From contig JBBDSZ010000051.1 in NCBI GenBank assembly GCA_040904685.1, forward strand, positions 37,695 to 101,694: DNA of 64,000 bases, given 5' to 3'. Shown here one piece after another: positions 41,987 through 50,869 of the stretch. This DNA is from Paenibacillaceae bacterium (GTDB lineage Bacteria; Bacillota; Bacilli; Paenibacillales; NBRC-103111). The translations under genes and the position numbers were made by a program. The number at the start of each line of letters is the position of its first letter. Positions within the stretch are counted from its first letter, which is position 1. The notes under the pieces were generated by a model. That model was not told the origin of the DNA, ran no database searches, and saw nothing but the letters and a program-made list of their open reading frames with translations.

Positions 41987-44490
41987 TCATAGATCAAGGT
42001 AGAATGTTTCAAATTCTCGGGCCAGTACCGGCCTGCTATAATAATAACCCTGTACTTCATCGCAATGCTGTTGCCTCAAGAATGCCAGTTCTTCTTCTGT
42101 CTCCACGCCTTCTGCGATTACGCCTATTCCCAAATGGCGGGTCATCGCGATTATAGTTGTTACGATTACCGCCTCATTCGGGGCAGTCGTGATGCCTCGA
42201 ACAAAACTCTGATCGATTTTCAACCGGTCGATTGGAAAATTCTTCAGACAACTTAAGGAACTATACCCTGTACCGAAATCGTCAATACTGATTTGCACTC
42301 CAAGTTGCTTCAAATGATGCATGACAGATGACGTCGATTCTTCATACATCGTTACGCTCTCCGTTATCTCTAAATCAAGAATTTTTGGGTTAATTTGAGT
42401 TGCTTGCAGTACTTCCGCGACGGTTGCGGGGAAGTTTCTGTTATAAAACTGTTTATTAGAAACATTTACAGACATACGTCTGCAATCAATTCCTATTTTG
42501 GACCACATCTGCATTTGCTCACATGCCTTGAGAAGTACCCAACGTCCAATTGGAATGATCAATCCGGTTTCCTCTGCAAGCGGGATAAACTCGGATGGAG
42601 GAATCAAACCTCTAAGCGGATGTTTCCAGCGTAGCAAGGCCTCGACACCTATGCATTCATTTTTCACGATATTCATTTGCGGCTGGTAATACAGCTCTAG
42701 TTCACCCCGCTCCAACGCCTGTCGCAAATCATTTTCCAAATGCAACAGTTCAATCGATTTATAGTTCATTGCCGGATCATACAATTTATATTGGTTGCGC
42801 TGTGCTTTAGCGCTATACATGGCCACATCGGCATGTTTGATCAAGGTGTCCGTATCTTGGCCATGTGCCGGATACAAGCTTATTCCGATACTTGGTGTAA
42901 TGTGAAAATCTGCTCCTTTTAGAGGAAATGGTGAAGCGAATTCCTGCAGAAGGCATTTGCTGATTCGGAGTAGTTCTTCATGCCCATGTAGATCCGCCAC
43001 CATAATTAAAAATTCATCACCACCCATACGTGCCACTGTAGCTCCCATAGAGTGACATATGTTTCTTAGCCGCTCTGAGACTTCTATAAGCAAACAGTCA
43101 CCAGTGTCGTGTCCCAAAGAATCGTTTACATATTTAAACCGATCGATATCCAAGAGAAATACGCCTATTTGTCGTCCTGTATCCAGGGTCGACGAAATGG
43201 TTTCCACCAGGATCTGTCGGAAGTAATATCGATTCGGTAATTCGGTCAACTCATCATGCAAAGCAAGATAACGAATACGTTCCTGTTTCTTTTTCTGTTC
43301 AGTGATATCCCTAAAGACGATGACTACACCGACATTCTCTGCAATGTCATGATCGGCGTGGATGTGTACTCCATGTGAAACATCGTCCCATTTTTGCGTA
43401 TAAAAATGTCTGTCTCTCTGGAATTAACGTTCTTTACAAGACTATTCAATCTCATCTTACATTCCGCCCAAGGGTAATCACTACCGTCCTCTTTGAGGTA
43501 GTGGATCGCATTGTGCAGGTTTTCGCCTCTTAGCTCTTCGTACTTCCATCCAAGCAATCGTTCAGCCTCCGGATTCAAGAACGTCACATTACCTAACTTG
43601 TCCATCACAAGCATTCCTTCGCCCATAGCATCCGTAATAACTTGCAAATCGCGCTGACTCTTAATTAATTCGGCCTCCGTTTCTTTTTGCCGGATATACG
43701 GTTCTTCAATACAAGATAAATAAATCCCTCTCATGATGTAATAATAACCGCCGACTTTATACAGATGTCCGAACAAATTCATACTATCGAATATATTTCT
43801 ATACAATGTAAAAAAGGTTTCGCTCAAAACAAGCAAGAATAACGCATAAATCATTGTACGCTTAGAATCACTAGAATTACCAAGTAGCCTTCCCTTGCGA
43901 ATAATAAGGATTAGTGTTAATACTCTAAAAATATTGACTATGTACTCCAATCCATTTTTAAACCAAGTGGTGCCGTATCCAGGGATGGTTAGTTGAGGAA
44001 GTGATTCTTGCCAAATGATGTAACTTACAGACACTGCGATAAATAACGATATTGCTCCCGCAAACACCAATCCCCTCTCACCTTGTAACGTACTCCGATC
44101 TTTCCTCGATAAGATGAAGAAAAGACCAATTGACTCGCTCAAACGGGCACTGATCCAAAACCAAGTCGTTATTTGCGTAGAAACCCAAGGGGATATCCCA
44201 CCATAGGTGAAAATGTGACACAAATCGAAAAGAGCGACCACCAAAAACAAGCCCGCTACATAAAGTCTATGTTTAGAAAGTGTGTGTGGAAAAATCATCC
44301 AACCCTGCAAAGCAATCGAAAAAGAAACCGTAACCGCGATAAACTCAAAAAGTGTGTGCATCACAAGATAACCCTGGGATGGAATATCAAAGCGAGAAGA
44401 ATTGCTCGGAACAACCAGAAAAATGAACAATAAAGAAGCTATAATAATCACATTGTTGTTGTTCCATAGACTCGATAGTTTTTTTGTCAT
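41987..44490 (-). pseudogene. MASE3-PAS-GGDEF-EAL c-di-GMP enzyme split by a 1-bp frameshift near 43347 (or sequencing indel)
   Basis: 5' ORF has a multi-TM sensor plus PAS; shifting frame restores ...[40 protein letters not shown] into intact GGDEF, EAL and DDFGTGYSS motifs. Confidence 0.85.
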
Positions 44491-44630
44491 TTATATAAAC
44501 TCCCCACATAATAATTTGTTTACCTGCAGCTATCCGTACTTACCTTTCGATAAGCCAAGCTGCATTTTATTGTTTTGTGGTTAAAGATGAGAATACTGTA
44601 CTGACCAAAAATTGTAAAGTATTTTGTCAA

Positions 44631-44673
44631 ATATTAGCATAGTTCTTTATACCTGTATGTGACATTTGTCACA
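44631..44673 (-). promoter_or_regulatory. Crp/Fnr-type site TGTGA-N6-TCACA with extended -10
   Basis: TGTGACATTTGTCACA at 44658-44673; TGcTAATAT at 44639-44631. Confidence 0.7.
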
Positions 44674-44752
44674 GCAGTATTGTCCTTTTAGATATCGATT
44701 AGACCATCCATACGAATCAAACTGATGTAAAAAAGTCAATCGGAGGATTTAT

Positions 44753-45508
44753 CTAAAGGGAGGAGTGATCACTGTCCATAATGATATGTCCTTGTCCAAG
44801 TTCGATCTCTGTGAAGCCTGCCATATGGCGTACTTGAGCCCCGATCGGCTTGTTTCTACCCATGATAATGATATTTATTATGTCAGTAACACCTTCTGAT
44901 GGAAGTGAAAACGATTTGCTGTAAGCAAATTCTTCGCGAAGAGTTGTATGAATGGCGTTCATTAGCTTGTCATTTCCACCTCTTCCGATTAAATTCAAGA
45001 TGATTGATCCTTCGGAATTGAGTTTTTTTCGGGTTATTCTGAAAAATTCCTTGGATGTTAGATGATGCGGAGTTCCTTTATTAGTAAAAGCATCCACAAT
45101 AATATAATCATAGGCTTGTGACTTTTCACTCCCAAGAATATGGCGTCCATCACCCACTATCACATTATCCTGGTTGTACCCAAAATATCTCCTACTTAAC
45201 TCCACTACTTGGTCATCAAGCTCCGCCACCTTTAATCGCTTCTCCAAAAAGTGACTGGCAATCGTCCCAATCCCATGACCGATGACAAATACATCTTCAA
45301 ATGACGGGTCGTTAAATTCCATTAAATGGATCATTGCCCGCGGGTATTCAAATACGATGCGATCTGGATTATTCAAATCCATTGCACCTTGTATAGCCAT
45401 ATTGGAAAACTGCATGACTCGAAACTTCCCCTTCTCGCCATATAACTCCGTAGTATCGTAAACAGCAATCTCATGATTATTGCTGAATTGTTTAAATAGT
45501 AAATTCAA
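44753..45508 (-). CDS. Spermidine synthase-like methyltransferase-fold protein
   Basis: IQGAMD, VIGHGIG, GDGR and YDYIIVDAF motifs. Confidence 0.8.
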   Translation of the reverse strand: MNLLFKQFSNNHEIAVYDTTELYGEKGKFRVMQFSNMAIQGAMDLNNPDRIVFEYPRAMIHLMEFNDPSFEDVFVIGHGIGTIASHFLEKRLKVAELDDQVVELSRRYFGYNQDNVIVGDGRHILGSEKSQAYDYIIVDAFTNKGTPHHLTSKEFFRITRKKLNSEGSIILNLIGRGGNDKLMNAIHTTLREEFAYSKSFSLPSEGVTDIINIIIMGRNKPIGAQVRHMAGFTEIELGQGHIIMDSDHSSL

Positions 45509-45535
45509 GTCTTGATCTCCTTCTAGACAACTTTC

Positions 45536-45934
45536 TTACAAACAAGTTCCGTTCGTATTTATTTTCTTGAAACATTCTGACCACGTCAGGCATTTGCAGT
45601 TTAAACCGTCATTAAGGATTTGCAGCATGGAATTAATTTGCTTTTTTCTATCTTCGAGCTCAGAACGTTTAGTTTCCGCCATTTTCTCCCATCTCTCTGA
45701 GAGAGGTTGGTTAGGCTCAAATCCTTCGAGTAATACAGCAATTTCTTGAATCGTAAATCCCGTTTGTTGTGCACCTTTTATGAATCTAATGCGCTCTAGG
45801 AGACTTTCCGCATAGCGGCGTTGACCGTTTTTTCGTTCAGGAGATGGTATTAGACCAATAGACTCGTAATAGCGAAGAGTCGATGCATTCACCTCGGCTT
45901 TAGCGGCTATTTGACCAATGCTAAGATCAGACAT
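45536..45934 (-). CDS. MerR-family (SoxR-like) transcriptional regulator
   Basis: SIGQIA..STLRYYESIGLI..GQRRY HTH; C-terminal CKCLTWSEC. Confidence 0.9.
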   Translation of the reverse strand: MSDLSIGQIAAKAEVNASTLRYYESIGLIPSPERKNGQRRYAESLLERIRFIKGAQQTGFTIQEIAVLLEGFEPNQPLSERWEKMAETKRSELEDRKKQINSMLQILNDGLNCKCLTWSECFKKINTNGTCL

Positions 45935-45945
45935 ATTTTCACCCC

Positions 45946-45976
45946 TTGACTTAAAGTTCGCTTTAAGTGTTATACT
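45946..45976 (+). promoter_or_regulatory. MerR-type promoter with 19-bp spacer and dyad operator
   Basis: TTGACT-N19-TATACT; inverted repeat ACTTAAAG-ttcg-CTTTAAGT at 45949-45968. Confidence 0.88.
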
Positions 45977-46007
45977 TCATTATATATTGAATGGGGTGGT
46001 GGAGCAA

Positions 46008-46253
46008 TTGAAAAAAAGTGATTGGTTAGCTGGCCTTGGAATTATCGGTGCTTGTGCTTTATGCTGTGCATTGCCTATACTTGGAAGTGCGGCAGTCCTC
46101 GGCATATCATCATTCTTTCTAAATCCGTTTGTTATTCTAATTTTGGCATTTGTCTTAGTCGTTGTTGGGGTTGTTGTATACCGATGGAGAAAAGTAAACG
46201 GAGTATCTTGCTCAAAACCTGGCTGCAGCTGTAATTCCTGCACAAATCAGTAG
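46008..46253 (+). CDS. Cys-rich two-TM membrane miniprotein (MerT/MerF-like CC motif)
   Basis: MKKSDWLAGLGIIGACALCCALP...CSKPGCSCNSC; follows the MerR-type promoter. Confidence 0.75.
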   Translation: MKKSDWLAGLGIIGACALCCALPILGSAAVLGISSFFLNPFVILILAFVLVVVGVVVYRWRKVNGVSCSKPGCSCNSCTNQ

Positions 46254-46489
46254 AATGCTCTTTGCAGACTTGGACTTGAGTATGGGAAAACAATGGTGTC
46301 CCTCACTACGGGTTCAAACTGAGACTTAAAAAACATTCCAACCCACTGCGATAGTGAGTTGGAATGTTTTGATTTGTGAAAGTTCTGTATCATAGGAAGC
46401 AAATGTGCTCGAAAATTCAAACAACGCATCGTGTGTACTGCTGATCAACGTCCATGTCGTACCATTCGGGGATGAATAAAACTTCACTT

Positions 46490-46735
46490 TGGTTAAATCT
46501 GCAATGATTCCAATACAAGTCTTGTTGATCCTTTTGATCGATAACCCCCACTAGCTTCACATGAACGGTGACAATTTTTCTCACCTTGGTTTCACTGGTC
46601 GAGGCGAAAAATTCATTTCCCAAAACCATTTTGGATTTATTCAGAAAACTATCCGTTACAAGCACTTCATATACACCGTCAATGGGTTGTCTCTGCAGAT
46701 GCCCATCCACAAGCCGGATATGATCTGTTAAATGA
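46490..46735 (-). pseudogene. Internal fragment resembling a large FtsX-like ABC permease extracytoplasmic domain
   Basis: LTDHIRLVDGH..QPIDGVYEVLVTDSFL...VKLVGVIDQKD..DLYW with no credible start or RBS; recognised by eye only. Confidence 0.45.
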
Positions 46736-46828
46736 CTATTGGTTTTGTAATGTACATTACAGATTTTTATAAAATTAAGAGTTAAAATTAAAAGAATCCA
46801 AAAAAATGTGAGAAAGGACAAATAATAT

Positions 46829-47083
46829 ATGACAAAGAGCAGTATAATCAAAGAATTAAATGCTATTAATGATGATCAAAGTCATATCGAAAGAACAATC
46901 GACCTACTTTATAAAATACAATTATCAAGTGGTCCGTTACTTGAAGTGATAACGATAATAAGATTTGAAAAACCTCGCCTTTACTCCCTTTTGAAAACAA
47001 GACTTGAAAACAAATCTGGATTTAAAATATTGTTTGAAGTTGCAATTGAACACGAAATTGCAAAAAAGAGTCTAGGTTTGTAG
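46829..47083 (+). CDS. Hypothetical 84-aa protein
   Basis: AGAAAGGA RBS, ATG start, AT-rich ORF; no recognisable family. Confidence 0.6.
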   Translation: MTKSSIIKELNAINDDQSHIERTIDLLYKIQLSSGPLLEVITIIRFEKPRLYSLLKTRLENKSGFKILFEVAIEHEIAKKSLGL

Positions 47084-47165
47084 GTAGTCTCTTGTATATC
47101 CATTAACCATCTCCCACTGGTATAGGGAAAGGAAATTATTCTAATCTTGATTTATTCCATAAAAA

Positions 47166-47196
47166 TAGGGAGATACGATGTTTGTCGTACTCCCTT
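47166..47196 (-). terminator. Terminator downstream of tRNA-Gln
   Basis: agggag.tacga...tcgtactccct hairpin followed by a T-run on the minus strand. Confidence 0.65.
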
Positions 47197-47208
47197 TGGA
47201 TATTTGTT

Positions 47209-47282
47209 TGGCAGGGAATGATGGGATCGAACCACCGGTGCGGGAGTCAGAGTCCCGTGCATTACCACTTTGCTAATTCCCT
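47209..47282 (-). tRNA. tRNA-Gln (anticodon CTG)
   Basis: AGGGAAT TA GCA AAGTGGTAA TGC A CGGGA CTCTGAC TCCCG CACC GGTGG TTCGATC CCATC ATTCCCT G CCA folds into a full cloverleaf with encoded CCA. Confidence 0.95.
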
Positions 47283-47497
47283 AATTAAAACCATGATTGA
47301 ATGGCTCAATTCATATTCTAACACATTTTACCCAGGATTAAAACTGAGTCGTTTCTTCCCGTATACACCAAATACATCTATCGTCCTTAAAGGTTTATTT
47401 TTAAAGTGTGTATGAATCATAGACCCTATAATGCACAACTTGTAAATGATAGCTATTTTTTAGTATGGCTCCTTTTTCAACCAAAGCTAGTGTCGGA

Positions 47498-47584
47498 TTA
47501 TTTCCGCTTTTCAATGTAAGTTAACAATGTGAGTATAAACAACCCAAATGCAAACATAATAGAAATAGCTTGAAACACATCCAT
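47498..47584 (-). CDS. 28-aa putative holin-like (type I TA) toxin
   Basis: MDVFQAISIMFAFGLFILTLLTYIEKRK*: single TM with basic tail; AAGGGGGG RBS. Confidence 0.7.
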   Translation of the reverse strand: MDVFQAISIMFAFGLFILTLLTYIEKRK

Positions 47585-47754
47585 CCTAGATTCCCCCCTT
47601 TCAAGAAAAGAAGTTGTCCATCATTTTACAAGTTGTCCATTTTAGTTTAAACCAAATTGGTTAATTTTGGTAGTGATGATAGAACTATTTTCAATTAATT
47701 ATTTTCATACCAAAATCGACAAATTCCTCTTCATCGTTGTAGATCCATTAATTA

Positions 47755-48100
47755 TTATTTCCAGATGTCTAACTGTCTTCTGCCCTCATATTCCCGTGGC
47801 GTACAGCCTTCTAACGGTTTAAACACCTTAGCGAAAACCTTGGCATCTAGGAAGCCTACCGCTTCAGCTATTTCATAAATTTTCAACTCACCTTTATGCA
47901 GCATGATTTTGGCTTTGCTAATACGTATGCGAGTAAGAGCCTCACCCAGGGATTCACCTGTTTCTTTCCCATATAAATCACTGATGTAGCTTCGGCTTAA
48001 CCGTACATGCACTGCAATATCGATCGTGCTGATATTTCTCGCATAGTTTTCATCCATAAATCGAAAAGCCTTGATTACAAACGGATTACGCGAAGCAGGC
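47755..48100 (-). pseudogene. C-terminal AraC HTH remnant of a YesN-like response regulator
   Basis: RNPFVIKAFRFMDENY...LSRSYISDLYGKETG...KIYEIAEAVGF...GCTPREY, with no receiver domain. Confidence 0.75.
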
Positions 48101-48298
48101 TAGCTTTTGCTGTAAAAGCTGCAGCGCTTGCTCATGCGTTAATTCAAGTGACATCTGATGCTCTTTACTAATATAAGAAGTGGACTGTAGATAGAAGAAT
48201 AAAGCCGCAACTAACAATGGAATCGTACCAATCACCAACAAATACATCAGCAGCGAGAAACGAAAGCTACGAGTAGAGGTCGAGAATAAATTTTTCAT
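48086..48298 (-). pseudogene. N-terminal remnant of a YesM-like sensor histidine kinase
   Basis: SFRFSLLMYLLVIGTIPLLVAALFFY first TM, then an abrupt stop overlapping the AraC remnant. Confidence 0.6.
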
Positions 48299-48933
48299 TT
48301 AGTCAGCCATTCCACACTATTCCGAAGAATCTTACGATAGGTAGGGTCATGAAAGGCAGCAACCGTATGACCTGGCATTAAATATACGATTCGCCCCAGT
48401 CCAAATTCATGCACCCATGCTGCAGGCCAACGTTGGTTCTCATAGGTATATTCGAATAACACCATTTTCTCAGTAAACGGATCAAAGTCGAATTGATAGG
48501 GCTCATCCTCAAACGAGAAAGGCTCAAAGCCATCTAAGATCTCATGCTCAGCGGCTGCAGCAATTTCAAATTGCAGCTTCTGTAAAGGCGGATGCCCGGT
48601 AAATTTAGCTCCGATCATCTGGCAGAGCTCATACTTATTCTGGAGTGAAATCCCCGTATGCAGCACCAACAATCCCCCGCCATTGCTAACATAGGAAAGA
48701 AGACCTGCGGCTTGCGCCGAGGTCACTTGTTTATTCCAGCAGTCTGTATAGGAAATGCATAAATGGATGTTATTCAAATTATCCGCCTGTAGAATATCAT
48801 AATCTTCTGTCCCGACAACTGTGATCTGATCCTTCAGAATGTCAATTAATGTCCGCTCCATTCGATCTAATGGATGATAAGGCGGGTTTGTGTAATCGCC
48901 AAGTAAAATAGCTTTTTTATAGTTAGTCAGCAT
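48295..48933 (-). CDS. ThuA-domain (class I glutamine amidotransferase-like) protein
   Basis: GGGLLVLH, GAKFTGHP, DEPY and GRIVYLMPGH motifs. Confidence 0.85.
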   Translation of the reverse strand: MLTNYKKAILLGDYTNPPYHPLDRMERTLIDILKDQITVVGTEDYDILQADNLNNIHLCISYTDCWNKQVTSAQAAGLLSYVSNGGGLLVLHTGISLQNKYELCQMIGAKFTGHPPLQKLQFEIAAAAEHEILDGFEPFSFEDEPYQFDFDPFTEKMVLFEYTYENQRWPAAWVHEFGLGRIVYLMPGHTVAAFHDPTYRKILRNSVEWLTK

Positions 48934-48960
48934 AATCCTTCACTCCCTTACTTGCGAAAA

Positions 48961-49050
48961 TTACCAAGCATAGGCACGGGGTGCATTTCCACCAGATATT
49001 GGGAATATCTCTCCAAGCGTGCTAATGCGGCTTCGCTTAATTCAATCTCC
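48961..49050 (-). pseudogene. C-terminal remnant of an aldo/keto reductase
   Basis: EIELSEAALARLE/(frameshift)IFPISGGNAPRAYAW* resembles the GGxAPxAYAW AKR terminus. Confidence 0.55.
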
Positions 49051-49743
49051 CTATGATTTAGTGAATGCGTTGTATGTATCCCAAAACAGCTGTTCAACCT
49101 CCGATTTTTTCCTTTGCGGTATCGGCAAAAGCTTCCCTCTGGCTTTCATCTTTTTCATGCATTTACGACATACGGGGAAGTATTCAACTTCATTCTCCTT
49201 CTTATCCGCATTGTTGCCGATGACCACCTGCTCACCTTGAAAAGTTGGTACATCATTCTGAACTCTTAAATTACGCGTTGACTTATGATAACAGAACCAA
49301 CAGATGGTTTTGAGCTCCTCTACCTTATCTGCTTCACAGAATAGGGCATGACTACCTTCAAATAACCGCCCCTGAAAATCCGTACGTAAACCATAAGCAA
49401 TCACAGGTATATTCAAATCATCTACAATTTCTGAGAGCTGTAGCACCTGTTCCTTTTTCAGAAAGTGACTCTCATCTAATAAAATACAGTCTACCTGCAC
49501 CTTGCGTTGCAAGAAAAATTGCACAATGTCGAAAATATTCGTTTTCTCGTTGAACATAATCGCTTTTTCCTTGATTCCGACCCGTGAAGCTACATAACCG
49601 ACACCATAACGATCGTCTTTCTCTGAAGAAAACAACAAAGCCAACTTACCTTGCTCCTTATAGTTGTGGTAAGTCTTTAAGACATCGATCGATTTGCCGG
49701 CATTCATGGTCGAATACCGATAATAAAATTGTGCCAATGACAT
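49051..49743 (-). CDS. tdk: Thymidine kinase
   Basis: YSTMNAGKS, LDESHFL, YGLRTDF, KTICWFC and VCRKC motifs. Confidence 0.95.
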   Translation of the reverse strand: MSLAQFYYRYSTMNAGKSIDVLKTYHNYKEQGKLALLFSSEKDDRYGVGYVASRVGIKEKAIMFNEKTNIFDIVQFFLQRKVQVDCILLDESHFLKKEQVLQLSEIVDDLNIPVIAYGLRTDFQGRLFEGSHALFCEADKVEELKTICWFCYHKSTRNLRVQNDVPTFQGEQVVIGNNADKKENEVEYFPVCRKCMKKMKARGKLLPIPQRKKSEVEQLFWDTYNAFTKS

Positions 49744-49782
49744 CGCCTCCTGTAATTAAATTATAAACTATTTTCGAAGTAT

Positions 49783-49843
49783 TTGACATTCAAACTAAAA
49801 TGCAATATATTAATTTTACAAGATTAAATTGTACACAACTTAA
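49783..49843 (+). promoter_or_regulatory. SigA promoter and OhrR-like operator of gpx-ohrR-trxB
   Basis: TTGACA-N17-TATATT; imperfect dyad TTAAATTGTACACAACTTAA at 49824-49843. Confidence 0.6.
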
Positions 49844-49898
49844 AATATTTGAACAGGGATTGTATGTTCCAAACAACAACAATTCAGGAGGTTATTTA

Positions 49899-50387
49899 AT
49901 GAGTGTGTATGAATTTTCAGCACAAACGACTGCTGGAACAGAAAAGTCTTTAGCCGATTATAAGGGCAAGGTGCTTGTGATCGTCAATACAGCTAGCAAA
50001 TGCGGTCTAACTCCACAATATGAAGGCTTACAAAAATTGCGAGACAAATTTCAACAACAGAATTTTGAAGTTCTTGGCTTTCCATGCAATCAGTTTATGA
50101 ATCAGGAACCAGGGACGGACGCGGATATCCAACAATTTTGCCAGATTAATTATGGAGTCACCTTCCCTGTTTTTCGCAAAATTAATGTAAATGGCTCCCA
50201 GGCACATCCTTTGTTTAAATACTTACGCAAAAAAACACCTGGCTTTTTCACAAATCGCATTAAATGGAACTTTACGAAGTTTCTAATCAACAGCCAAGGA
50301 GAAGTGGTTAAACGCTATAACCCAACTGTTAAGCCGGAAGCAATGGAAAATGATATTCAGAATCTTTTACAAGATGAGGTGAAATAA
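49899..50387 (+). CDS. Glutathione peroxidase-family thiol peroxidase
   Basis: NTASKCGLT, GFPCNQF and WNFTKFL motifs; AGGAGG RBS. Confidence 0.95.
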   Translation: MSVYEFSAQTTAGTEKSLADYKGKVLVIVNTASKCGLTPQYEGLQKLRDKFQQQNFEVLGFPCNQFMNQEPGTDADIQQFCQINYGVTFPVFRKINVNGSQAHPLFKYLRKKTPGFFTNRIKWNFTKFLINSQGEVVKRYNPTVKPEAMENDIQNLLQDEVK

Positions 50388-50388
50388 A

Positions 50389-50841
50389 TTGAATGCAAAA
50401 GAAGCACTAAGCTTGGATAATCAGCTTTGCTTCACCATCTATGCTTGCTCGCGAGCGATGACACAGCTATACCGACCTTGGTTTGATGAGATCGGCATTA
50501 CCTATCCACAGTATCTAGTGTTATTGGTTTTGTGGGAGCAAGACGGCGTCACTGTCAAAGAAATAGGCGAGCGATTGTTTCTTGATTCAGGGACACTCAC
50601 TCCTTTACTGAAGCGGATGGAAGCAGCTAAGCTTGTCACACGCAAGCGTTCAACGGAAGACGAGCGCAAGGTATATATCCATTTAGCCGAAGCAGGCAAG
50701 CAATTGGAACTGCAAGCATGTTCGATTCCTAATGAAATGATGCGTCAACGTGGACTCACCCCCGATGAATTTACGGGCTTGCTTGCAGATTTTAAAGGTC
50801 TATTAACCAAGCTGCATCAAACATTGGATCAAAAAAAATAA
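50389..50841 (+). CDS. OhrR-like MarR regulator
   Basis: LDNQLCF sensing Cys; LDSGTLTPLLKR and DER motifs. Confidence 0.92.
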   Translation: MNAKEALSLDNQLCFTIYACSRAMTQLYRPWFDEIGITYPQYLVLLVLWEQDGVTVKEIGERLFLDSGTLTPLLKRMEAAKLVTRKRSTEDERKVYIHLAEAGKQLELQACSIPNEMMRQRGLTPDEFTGLLADFKGLLTKLHQTLDQKK

Positions 50842-50869
50842 TTTATCTTTTTGGAAAGGAGCTTTTTTT

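Noticed and set aside
41950-49050. Integrative element or prophage at tRNA-Gln
   Set aside because: No integrase, phage genes or att duplication seen by eye; only remnants
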